Shown here: positions 13,701 to 25,423 of the stretch, one piece after another
How positions within the stretch are numbered: position 1 is the stretch's first letter
Layout of the letters: each line of letters starts with the position of its first letter
DNA from: Octopus bimaculoides
Lineage: Eukaryota
NCBI RefSeq assembly: GCF_001194135.2
Contig: NC_068984.1
Coordinates: 33,221,019-33,275,788 of the forward strand
Direction: 5' to 3'
Length of the DNA stretch: 54,770 nt
The notes under the pieces: generated by a model
What the model saw: the letters and a program-made list of their open reading frames with translations, nothing else
What the model was told of the DNA's origin: nothing
Databases searched by the model: none
Program-made: the position numbers and the translations under genes

Positions 13701-14853
13701 ATTTTGAAGGATCTATATTTAAAATGCACAGTAATTCTTAAAAAGAATTAATGCACCTATTACAATGAATTCATTTCAGGAAGTATAAGACTTTTCGACT
13801 GTGTGATGACGATACACCTATACATGCTCTCTCATTCTCAAACTCTGAAATACACAGTTGTGTTTTGAGAATGTTCTGCATTATCTAAAATAACATAATT
13901 AATAATAGTATGCTTATACTATTAAGGCTTGTGATATTGACAGTAAAATAAGCTTCTCTTAAAATACAACACATTCTTTAAAATTGATGGAAATTGTAAC
14001 TTCATTATAGCCAAAGTTTTCTAGAATGTTCAAAAAGAAATAACAATGTTTGAAAAAGAGAGAGCGGTGTAATGTATAATTTTTGGAATAGAATAGTACA
14101 TATTTAAGGATTATTATAATAATCGTATTATTTGATATTTCCTGAAATAATTAATTTTCATTTGGCGGGTCAGTTAATAAGTTTTAGAACTATCCGATGT
14201 TTTCATCTTTTATATGAACATATATTATATTGCATGTGTGAGAGTTTGTGTGCTTGTGCGTCAAAAGTGTGGATGAGTATGTGTATGTTTATACGTTATG
14301 ATCTCTAAAAACGCAATAGGAAGAACGTTACACACTAATGAATTATACAAACTTTACACTTTTTTAAATCTTGGAGTAAATATGGCGACGAAATTAACCC
14401 TGCTTAAATTTCTAATTTTGCCTGTCGTATATACACTAGCCTATGAAACTATTTAGGAAACCTGATGCACATTACAAATAGAAGTATTTCGACAATTCCA
14501 CGCGCCTTGGATATTCAAAATCTAAAGTAGAAATCTGTCAGATCTCTGCTATTGTACAAAAGGTCTTACGTAGGCGAAGCAATAATTTATAATGGTATCT
14601 TAGAAATGCGCATATACAAAATAAGTATTGTGTATATCTCCAACTGCGGGGGAAATTGCGTATAACTAAACACTACATAATATGGAGCAAATACATTCAT
14701 ATGTATAAGGAATGGTGACTCACCATATACCCTCTAATATAGCGTGATATTCGACAGACATAACTTTATGGTAAATTATAGCTGCACCGCTTATATGAAG
14801 CAAATTTTATTACGTAAGTACACTACATATACTGAGTCCGGTTTCTCCTGCAG

Positions 14854-14937
14854 ATTCTTGCCGAATGGTTCCTACAGTTGCGAAGCCACATTTAACGAAA
14901 TCTCTCAAATTGCTGTTTTTTATCTGGAAATTGTTTG
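14854..14937 (+). CDS. candidate internal exon (84 nt) with an Ig F/G-strand-like peptide
   Basis: Acceptor gtttctcctgcag| and donor |gtcagt. The phase-2 reading is FLPNGSYSCEATFNEISQIAVFYLEIV (G-x-Y-x-C-x-A followed by alternating hydrophobics). No homology search was possible, and a second frame is also open. Confidence 0.25.
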
Positions 14938-17489
14938 GTCAGTTGTTTATGTATGTATATTTTTTTCCTATGTGCGTGTGATCTATATTTCTCTCAATGT
15001 TTCTAATTATATCTATTTCAAATAATCATTTTTCTTTACTCAGACCTATAATAATAGTCTTTGTCACGGCTTACCTTAATAGAAGAAAAAAGAAATGTAA
15101 CGAGTTATATTTATGCAATTGTATCTAAGTTATTGTCATATGCTATTAATTCTCTGTAATTTTCTTTAAAATATTTCAGTTGCTACACTGTCTTTTATGG
15201 ATTTAGCATTCACAAGAAATATATATTTTATGAGGTTTTATTAAGCAGAGATTAACATTAAACCAGAAATAACGGCTGTTTTTGTATTATTTAAACCAGA
15301 TTTCAGCATAAAAATATGTGTACTTAAAATTTAACATACAGTTTGAACACTTTCAATCCTTGACATTTGGTTGTATTATTGATTTAGCATTTCAAAATAA
15401 CAACAAGAAAACATTCTGAAAATATTTCTAACGCCGCAAAGAATGAATTTATTTGAATAATTAAATCAATAAATTTTCTAGCTGTGAATCCGACAAATGT
15501 GTACCACTCAGAAATGTAATAAATAGATCAGGGATTACTTATTTTTTAGTTCATTTTCACAGCAGCATTACTTTAGACATTGTTTCATCATATTTATTGT
15601 TTTTTCAATTTCTTTATTTCAGTATCATTTTCGGATTTTCAGAAATTGTACAAATATTACTTAAATTAAAATATTTCTAATCCACGATATTTTTAACAAC
15701 CATCTACAGTCGTAAAGTGACTTGATTAAACATTTTAGAAGTTTTGCGTCAATTTATTGTAATTCTATTGTTATAATCAAAATCTCATATTCTTACATAA
15801 CAAGCACTCCATTGTGCAATAAAAAAAAAACATTTCGTCTGACCATACACTCTTATTTCTTTTACCGGAGTAGTCTATTGTTACACGAGATGTTGCATAT
15901 AATACATATTTTTACATATTCATTATAAGTTCAGAAAGGAATGAAACGAATGGTACCCACTGTAAGAGTGAATAAACATGCATTGATGTTACACAATATT
16001 TTTCACAGGGGATATTTACTTGTTCGATAAACTGTAACTGCTTTATATATTAACTGACTTTGTTACTATCAATATTCTAAAAGTAATGATAATAGTCTTC
16101 CTCGTGGATTATTTGAGCATGAGAAGAAATTTACCTTTATTACTTTCGGAGCGATATCTTTTCGAAACTATTGTTACATTCTGTATTGTATCCACCTTCT
16201 CGAATAACCTAAAAGCAATAGCTGTTCAAAAGTTGGAAATTCAATATGTTGATATTGAGGAAAAATCATATTTGCTTTGCTTTTACTATGAAAATCTTGC
16301 TGGTTCAAGAATATAATCGCATCCATTCCTTCATTGATTTTCACGTACAAAATACGAAGTGTTCGACAGACTGATTTACTTTCCAGTTATCAATGAACTA
16401 ATAACATATTTCATACACCTTACTAGAAAATAACACAACACCCTACAAAGGAAAGATATTAACTTCAGTTTTTTGCTTGTTTATATCGTGTTTGGCTATG
16501 AACCAAGTTTCATTTTTATCGTTAATAGTGAAATATATATCGTAGCATCCCAATATATTAGATATTTTTTATGAAGGAAAACTGCAATAAAATCAAAAGC
16601 AACATAAGGACCAAAATCAGCAATAACTACTGTTGCAATAACATATAACTTTGACCAGTCTCTGTGTTACTAAGGAATGTGTGCTTCAGTACAGGATATT
16701 ACATCTGAGTGAAACGCATATAATACGCGTTGTGTATTAGGATTTCAAGAAACTATGTCATTGGGAATTCTATTATAAAGCAATAAGCCTTAACTTGATG
16801 AATGATATGTTAGATTTCCACTGAGGACTCTTAAATTGGTAACCATTATATCTATCGGAAAACGATATTGAAAATTTGGATTCTCGAACATTATCCTTCC
16901 AAGTACTACCTTAGTATATAAGACATCTGAAAGAAATTTCATTCCCGTGGCCGAAGATTTCCCACGAGACATTTACTTGCTATTCATTACATCTTCAATC
17001 GAAACCCAATTTAACAGTTTGTATAAAGTGCACAGCTCAGGAAAATTATGCTCTTATTCTGTCTGTAAATCTCAAGCGTTAACTGGATCCGTTTGAGAGA
17101 TGCATCAAATATTGGTGATGTGTAGTTTCTATCACAATTGGACAGAGAAAACACGTCAGCAGTATTTTGTCATTCATACGTGTGTGTCATCATGCTGCTG
17201 AAAATAAAACCTAATCAAATGTGTATAATGTAAATGTACGTTTATAAATATAAGTTTACACGCAAAATATTACAGCATCAATATATGCATACGAATGTAT
17301 ACAGGTGCAATGTTATCCAGTTATACACATGGGAATGTATGTAACTGTGTATTCAAGTGTATATTTGGGATGATGTATGTATACTGTGAGCAAGAGCCGG
17401 TAATCACTCAATTTAAAGAACATTTGTTTTATGCAATTAATCATTGAATAAATACACACACACACACACACACACATGCATGTATATAT

Positions 17490-17660
17490 AACAGAGTAAA
17501 AGGAACAAGACCCCCTTCTCCCTACTTCATGCTGATGTTATCCAAAGGTAGGGCAAAGGCCGATACGGCTTGGCACGAGTAACGCCGCAACTCATTTCTA
17601 CAGATGAATGAACTGGACAACGTGAAATAAAGTGTCATGCTCAAGAACATAACACGGTCC
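17490..17660 (-). mobile_element. SINE family C, internally deleted copy
   Basis: The + strand gggcaaaggccgatacggcttggcac..aactcatttctacag..caacgtgaaataaagtgtcatgctcaag is the reverse complement of 6450-6560. Confidence 0.75.
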
Positions 17661-17679
17661 CGCAATCAACTAACTGCCT

Positions 17680-17862
17680 CTGAAATTTTGGTGGCCGGGA
17701 CTAGTAGATTACATCAAACCGAATGCTTCACTATTACTTAATTTATCGAGCCGAAAGGAAGAAAAGCTAAGTCAACCTCGGCAAAATTTGAACTCAGTTC
17801 GTAACGACGGACGAAATGGTACTAAATATTTTGACCAGCATGCTCACGATTCAGCCACATCG
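17680..17862 (-). mobile_element. SINE family B, diverged single-unit copy
   Basis: aagtcaacctcggcaaaatttgaactcag..gacggacgaaat matches the units at 47840-47895. Confidence 0.7.
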
Positions 17863-17934
17863 AAGCACAAAACAGTTGTTGTATTCAACATTTTATAGAA
17901 TATGCACGCGTTTCTGCAAAATGCAGCAATAATT

Positions 17935-18196
17935 GTATTCGAATGCATGATTGCCCAATGTTTCTATTACTAATTGGCATTTATTTCGGCATTTTGTGCA
18001 CCCCGACAATCTCTGTATGTTTTCTAAATCTTTGATTACCACAACTTCTAAAGAGTATTTCCTTGTATTTTGACTCGTGTTCCATACACTAATATATTTC
18101 GAGGTTGGTACCACGGATCGAATTACACTGAATACTGGAGTAAATTTTGGAACGATCTCCTGAGCACGACTGTTGGTTGTGTGTCATACTTTATTT

Positions 18197-18263
<67 letters not shown>

Positions 18264-18480
18264 CAAAAGACTTGCAGATGCAAGTGCTACCAGTTGAAAG
18301 TTCCGCAAACCCGGTGCAAGTAACTTTCTGTGGCCATCGAGAGAGAATGCGCACCGTTTCCGGTTCTTCCTTATGACGGCACCATTGCGCACCGATTCCA
18401 CTCATGGAAATGAGGCCCCACTTGCTAGATTAACTGGTTATCAGGTTTTGCTCAATATACTTCTTGCCATTGTTCATCGT
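17935..18480 (-). mobile_element. C-terminal region (CCHC knuckle plus restriction-like endonuclease) of an RLE-type non-LTR element, decayed
   Basis: The minus strand reads WCRHKEEPETVRILSRWP (a degenerate C-x2-C..ET..H..S.CP knuckle). Further on it reads VPTSKYISV..KDLENIQRL..LVIETLG, resembling the RLE tail (VP.D.NI..K..KYKDL..EI.R.W....PVVIG.LG). It is interrupted by (TA)n at 18199-18260. Confidence 0.45.
18199..18260. repeat. (TA)n microsatellite
   Basis: Perfect TA run. Confidence 0.99.
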
Positions 18481-20654
18481 CCCTTTTTTTTCAATGTCGT
18501 GTAGATATCACTCATGGTGGTATTTGCAATTACGATGAGTTAGACCCAGTGATAACAACAGTCACCACAGCCACTTATAAATGGACTAAAGCATCTCTTA
18601 GAACCTAATGTCGAACTTCAAATTGGAGACATCAGGGTGAATGAATATGTCAGAAAGCCAGAGAAAACAGTACTGCAGGAGGTGATGGCGTCTCATATGC
18701 AGTGTATAAATATTGTAATCATTTACGAATGAAACTCTTTTTCCTGTTCCGACGGCTTTGGCGCAAAGAGATTCTTGTAGAGAATTAGTGTAAGATAGAA
18801 ACTGGAATTTTGACTGGTTGGTGGAAGTATTACTTTGCGTGCTGAACATTTAAGGCCAACAGTCGGGTGTGGTCACCATTTGTGAGGGAGGTAATGGATT
18901 CTTCGGTAGGACCCGGCTCAACCAACACTGGTGAATGCCACAACAAGTACAAGTAAATACAAGTATAAAATAGCCATAATTGTTCCCTTAATGTGTGTTA
19001 GTTATGAACTTTTAATCAGGACGGGCATCACAATTAAGATAATCACAAACGGAATACTGAATATCCAGTTGTAAAATGTATTTAATCGAAGGGTAGGGAA
19101 TGTCCTGAATTTAGTGTCAAGCAACTAAGTGCATTTTAATTTTTCATAGAATATTAGAAACGCTCTCTACGTCTCTATGATGTTGCTTATTCTCTATTCA
19201 AAACTACCCAAGAGCTAGATGTGTATCCAGAGATGAATTTAATGTGATTAAATAAGATTTTAAATAGAATCTATAACCGAGCGGGCGGTTTGCGCTTTGA
19301 TGCTGTCTATTTTCGTCGATAATATTTTATATTACTTCCTTTCTCTTGGCAACCCAACAGAGAGTGTTCCAAACTTCTCCGCTTCTAAATAAATAAACAA
19401 TACTCGCAATTTCTTTACGCTGTTCTGTGGAAACCCTCTAATCTGCACTATATAAAGCAGTAATAGAATGTTTCTGTAAACGACTCCAAAGAAGCTTATT
19501 CATTGCAGATTATGTATAGTTTTAAAGTAGCCCTTTATATATGAAATGGTTATCTGCCAAGTCTTGAGCCTTTGTTAGTATCTCCGTCTACAGTTAAGGC
19601 ACTGTTTACTTGAGCTTTTAGAGAATAATATATCTTCATTAGTGAAATACGTGAGCTATTGATTGGCTCGTTTAATAGACTGACTTCCTCTAGAGATATT
19701 CCCATTCTTTCGCTGCATTTAGAATATAGCTAAATCCATATTGATCCAACATTTAACGCTTGCGTTTCTTTGTTCTTTTAATGGAATTTCGAATCCGGTT
19801 GCTTTAATGTTTGCATTCAATATCGTCTTTCACAACTTTCACTTTATCAATACACGATAGAATGGATAAACGATAGCCTATTTTCTCTAGCGAAACGGTT
19901 TCTAATCGCTTTACCATTCCTACGTGATTTGGTTTGTAGGGTGTCTTTCACCTCTTGCTACCTCCATTGCTTTAATTAACTACTACATATGTTTCATCAT
20001 TCCATTATAGTCAATGATAAATACATAGAATCTGTCTCTCCATCTTGTGATTCACGAGTTTGTTCACTTGATAATGATTAATTCCATGATTTATTGATTA
20101 CAAAATATGTTGTGAAAACATTCTCTATGTAAATTGCTATAGAATAGTAAAGTAAGTTGACATTAATATGGCTTATACTAAGATAAATTTAAGAGTGTTT
20201 AACGGACAGTGAATTGGCATGCAGTGAATTTACAATCATTTCAAAACCGAAGAACAGCAGGTATTGCGGATATAGATGAAGTATTGCCTCATACCACCCC
20301 GATCAGGAAATCCTGTAATAAAAAGCATACACTACTTCATGCTTATCTGAGATTATTTTGATCAATATTCCCAGACATTGGAGGCAAATGTGAACATTTC
20401 CAACGTGCCCTGATATTGCATACAGCTTCAGATAATTAGAATTTGGATAAATATTGTTTATTTAGCACTTCCATCCACTTCAGTATGGAATCATCATAAA
20501 TTTTGGACTAATGAACATCTATGTCGTTTATATATTTGTGAGTTAGCTAAAAAGCCTCAAGAGTTTAATTTATCTTTTTTTTTTTTAGGTTGTAGAAAAT
20601 ATGATGTTTTGGGAGAGATTATTTCAAATGTTCTTTTCCTTGTTGAATACAAAA

Positions 20655-20664
20655 TGTGTGTGCG

Positions 20665-20716
<52 letters not shown>
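20655..20716. repeat. (TG)n microsatellite
   Basis: Near-perfect TG run. Confidence 0.98.
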
Positions 20717-20718
<2 letters not shown>

Positions 20719-20749
20719 GGTGTTCGCAGTGCATTTTCTAACAAGGGAC

Positions 20750-22500
20750 ACAAGAGAAACTTTTGGAGGCTTGGTACACTTCTCGCGAAGTAACGAGTTC
20801 GACGAAGTTCTTTGTGCTTCATGCTGCGATAGGAGTTCATTTGATATCGCCGATAATAATTTGGCAAAACACTTTGAAAGACCTACTCATCTACCCCTTT
20901 CAAATCTATTGGGTCGTTTGGCAGAATGTTACATAATGGTAGAGCATCTTTTGCAGTACCTAGTCATACCGCTGTAGTAGCCGTCTGAGGCATCTAAATC
21001 CAGAAACCATGTTGTATGTTTGCGAGCGTTTTATTGTCTTTCAGGAATGTGATCACTCACTTTTTTAACAATGCTTTCCATAGCTTTGCTAACACATGAC
21101 GCCAGAGACAGGCCTGCAATATTCTCGCGTCTTCCTTTATGGATAGAGCCTATTATGCTTTCTAAAAATTTGGGAAATTTACCGCACGTGAGGAATATCC
21201 GAAAAAGTATCTACAGTGTTTTTGCGAGAGCTATTCGGCATGTCTTTAAAAGAGCAGCCGGAAATCAATTTAGAACTGTTGCTAGGTTCGATTCCATCTC
21301 ATCAATGGTCGGTATGCCATCTAGTTTTAGATTGATGTAAACGATGGCTGCCTGTTTTCTATGTAGACCTGCATTTTTGAACAAGTCGTCAGGCTTGACT
21401 ATTGGCATATTTCCCATTGGAGAGAGGCGAAAACTCTTCCAAATTCTTCATTTAGCACCTTTGTTATCCTGATAGGGTTTACAGTTAGTGATCCGTCTTC
21501 TTCAAGCACTGTAGCCTTATCTTCGCAAATTTGTAGAAGGGTTTAGGATTAATTTCTATCTTTTGCCCCAACTTGGTTTCTCTTTGTACGCTAGTATTTT
21601 CATACGCATCAGGGCATATTTTTCGATCTCTAGAAGTGCATCTTTGAGGAGGAATCTTTGGCGGTCATTAAGTTGTTTATTTAAGCGATTGTGATTATGT
21701 CATCTTCCGGCCATGTGAAGCTAGGAAAGTTGATGTCACCCATCAGATGTACTTTAATGCATTAGTCTAATTTTGTTGTTAGTATATTTTTTATCATTGT
21801 AAAGCATTCTTCACATTTATTATCGTGATTTGAGGTGTATCAGATGGGAAATATAATGTGCAAATTACAACTTCATTAAATTCGCTATTACTGTGTCACA
21901 GACAGATTTTGAATGTGAGAATAAGGTTAATGTCATGACAAGTTCACTATGTACAACACAATATCACCGTGTCTTCATAGTCTTCTGTCGGCACGGAATA
22001 AAGCGTGCAAGCTTATGCGTCTCTCTGTATCACAGATGCCTGCAGATTGATATGTCGCGGTAGGTGCAATGCATATTGCTTGAATTCATACCGAAAATCC
22101 CTCAGGTATACAATTTTGCGATTACTGTTGCTATGTAGGCCTTTCGTATTTATCAGAAGAGTTCGTGTGATGGTCCACTTTGCAGTAATGGTGGCGATCC
22201 TCGATTTATTATCATTGGGGTCTTTTCTGTGGATGAAGATGGCTTTGTTTTAGTTGCAACGATGCCAGCTGGAACACTATTTCTAGTGCTACACAAAAAT
22301 CTTCTGCTGGTTTACAGCTGCAGTTCGCACTGCATCAGTGTGCAAATTGTAGTATTCCTCACTTCAGATCTGTATTGGCATACAAGTCCATTTCGGTGTG
22401 GTTCCATCCTATCTTGTTGGTTAAATGGAAAGTGCTTTTTACCATGGCTTACGTTGTTTGAGCTTTGGAAGTGCAAATCGGCAGTTGTGTCCCTCTCTGC
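20750..22500 (-). mobile_element. CR1-type LINE remnant (endonuclease end plus N-terminal half of RT; possible ORF1 remains)
   Basis: The minus strand has the APE motif GDINFP.FTW (21720-21740), then INPKPFYKFAK, FPAALLKTCRIALAKTL*ILFRIFLTCGKFP and SLASCVSKAMESIVKK*VITFLKDN (RT domains 0-2). The Cys/His-containing stretch at ~22250-22500 is only tentatively ORF1. Confidence 0.7.
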
Positions 22501-22822
22501 CTGACAGCAGACATCGTTTAGGTGGAACTTACAAATGCTACGTACTTTAAGTACTGTTTTATTTCTTTAGTTGTATCTTTATGTGCTTTCTATTTTAACT
22601 ATGATATCTCTTTCATTAAGCTTTCACACATATATGTGTGTATCTCTTTATTAGTTTACTTTTCCAGTAATTTGACTACGGCTATGATGGAACGCCGCCT
22701 TAAAATGATTTACGAGGACATAAACACACTAGCATCAGTTGTCAAGCGATGGTGGAGAGGGAGGACAAACACACACACATATATATAAATACTTATTTAT
22801 ACATACGTACATACATACATAA

Positions 22823-22870
<48 letters not shown>

Positions 22871-22872
<2 letters not shown>

Positions 22873-23017
22873 GACGGGCTTCTTTAACCTTTCGCTCACA
22901 ATGCTTTGGTCGGCCCGACGCTATATTAGTAGACACTTGCCCAAGATGCCACGCAATGGGACTGAACCTAGAACAACGTTGTTAGGAACGAAGCGTCTTA
23001 TCACACAGCCACGCCTG
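22871..23017 (-). mobile_element. SINE family A, 5' half
   Basis: ctcacaatgctttggtcggcccga..agacacttgcccaagatgccacgca.tgggactgaacc..cacacagccacgcctg is the reverse complement of 5929-6090. An (AC)n tract lies at 22768-22870. Confidence 0.85.
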
Positions 23018-23399
23018 GGTCAAAGTATGTAGTTTTTTTTTTTTTTTAGTCTAAATATAATTTCTTGTTGAGAGTGTTCAAGCCGGTCACTGATAAAAGA
23101 ACAATATTTTTTGAGTTAAGAGAGTTCGCTGTGCTTTTAAATATGTAGTTGAGTTGATGTGTTGGTTGAACTGTTGATGCATACACACAAGTGAGTGCAT
23201 CCGTTCACATAAAGATCTAACACAGAAAATCTTTGGAACGTCTTACAAATCTTCATTGCGCTAATAGATTGGATTTGGAAAATCCGTATCCCCTACTTTT
23301 TGCGCGTGAAACCGAGTATTTCTAAGTCTTTTGTGCAAATCTGTTGGTACATAACGTAATGCCCCCATGTTGATAGGTACAAATGAAAATTCATTTTCT

Positions 23400-23450
23400 A
23401 GTATGCATGTATGCATAGATGTATGTATGTTTGTATGTATATATGTATAC

Positions 23451-23497
<47 letters not shown>

Positions 23498-23565
23498 TGT
23501 ATGTAAGTATATACTTCTGCATGCATGTGTGTATGTGTGTATATATTGATGCATGTATGTATACA
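23400..23565. repeat. compound (TATG)/(TACA)/(TA) microsatellite
   Basis: Read directly from the sequence. Confidence 0.95.
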
Positions 23566-25373
23566 GATATAAGCTGAATTTGCAAGTTTACAATCACTTT
23601 TATCTTCTTACGTTTACTGCATGCATATAAACACTTTTATCTTTTGCGATAGTACAGATTCTAGCTGAATAATAATTGTTTTTCTTCTTTCTGCCATAAA
23701 ATGAGAATGTTTCTCGTAGCAGTTATCATTTATTCGTTCTTCATGAAGACCTGGTCTCTATAAAGTTAGATAAATAGTGTGTCCCGCCTCTTTCAGTATT
23801 TCTAAATATATGAAACTTCTTGACAAAATACTGCTTAAAATCAACTTTTGTGTGATCAATAAATGATCTCGGAACAGCTATGTAGTTGAAATTAATTTGA
23901 ATAGAGTTAATCAAAGCATTTCGAAGACAAGTTTCGAGCAGAGGATGATTGGGAAATGGATTGAGACATGATTTCTATAGGAGTAAAAGGATTTATTGCA
24001 TTAATGGAGTAAATACTTTTGGTATTAAAGTTGCTGATGATGTTTGTGTTCTTGTTATGAAGCTTATAATCTTTATGATTTATCAGGAAATGAACAGAAA
24101 TTTTATAAACGAAATACCGAGCAAAATGGGAAATCATATTTAGAATAAACGACATTTTATACAATAAAATATTTTAAAATCTACTTTTACGCTTTGTTCG
24201 AATCTGGCAGCGTATTATATCTGTGAAACCACGATTATGAATTGTCTCGATTTAATAAGGAGAAACACTACTGAACGCAGCATCTTCCGATATTGAAGAA
24301 GATATCAACTTCCAAATATTGGATATTAGATTTTTGAAGATTGTAGAGTGTGATTCTAATCATTATTTATTAAAATTATCTTTCATTTGTTTTCCTATAA
24401 AGCTTGAATTTATCCGTTTCAATATAGAATAACTTAACGTACAGAATGTTATGCCTATTAAGATCAGTAGTGACGTAAGTTTTTAAATCTACCTGACTAA
24501 ATAACTCCATAATACCTTTTGTAAATCTATTTATAACGTGGTCGTTCGTGTTCATAATCTCTGTATAAACCCGTTATGAATCAGAGACTTTTCTGTGAAG
24601 AATTTTGTAAATATAAATCACAATAAGTTCGTCCCCACCATCTCAAACCATAATGATATGAATCAATTCAGTTTCGTCTTTTTATCCCACAGTAAATTAT
24701 GAAAGAACGATACATTTTAATGCATGCACATCCACTGATATATTAGATACATTATTTGGTGGGCTGGTGATAGCAAATTTTAAAGATTTATGAAAATGTA
24801 TTATTATAAGAAATAGCATTGCACTGTCTCAAATTAGGTAAAATTCCTAAGCTGATTAATTTTGATGCGGTCAGTCACTTAAGTACAAGCACACTATGGG
24901 GTTACATGAAAATGTACTATGGATATTTTGGGAACTATCCTAAACAGTCCATAAGCACGAACACTCACCCTTTCTCTCAGCATTTTCCTGCGTATCGCTC
25001 AATAGTGTGGGTTAAAATGAAAATCACTTGTGAGTGCCTAATGACTTATAAACTAAGTTAAATTCTCCTTCGCTTCTTGTTCAAAAAGTATATGTTCATT
25101 AAGTATAGGCTCATTAAACGCACGCGTGTAGACATATTCATTAAGAATCCACAATCAGATAGCGTTGCTTTCATACATATTTATGTATGAACATACACAT
25201 GTACGCAAGCACACGCACGCGCATCCAGAGGCAACTTTTTTTTCCGTGTTACAGGGGTATATATCTAATCTTTCTCTGCTGTTATCACAGCTATACTGCG
25301 TTTGAAATTTAATTTTTTGTCTATAAAACACCACCTCATTCTACGCTTCTACAGTTTGTGTGTGTATATATAT

Positions 25374-25423
25374 NNNNNNNNNNNNNNNNNNNNNNNNNNN
25401 NNNNNNNNNNNNNNNNNNNNNNN
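25374..25423. other. assembly gap
   Basis: 50 Ns within (TA)n. Confidence 1.

Noticed and set aside
14382-14456. Short ORF MATKLTLLKFLILPVVYTLAYETI* with good Kozak context and a signal-peptide-like look
   Set aside because: Only 24 codons with no credible splice donor before the stop, and hydrophobic short ORFs are common in AT-rich DNA.
16790-16930. Minus-strand acceptor (tttctttcag) followed by two open frames of about 40 codons
   Set aside because: No matching donor and no recognisable peptide.
19500-20050. Possible RTE-type 3' coding remnant on the minus strand (GISL..NE.I)
   Set aside because: Too degenerate; only a few residues match.
24445-24474. 30-nt microexon-like segment cag|AATGTT..GAC|gtaagt
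   Set aside because: No polypyrimidine tract, and such motif pairs are expected by chance in 55 kb.
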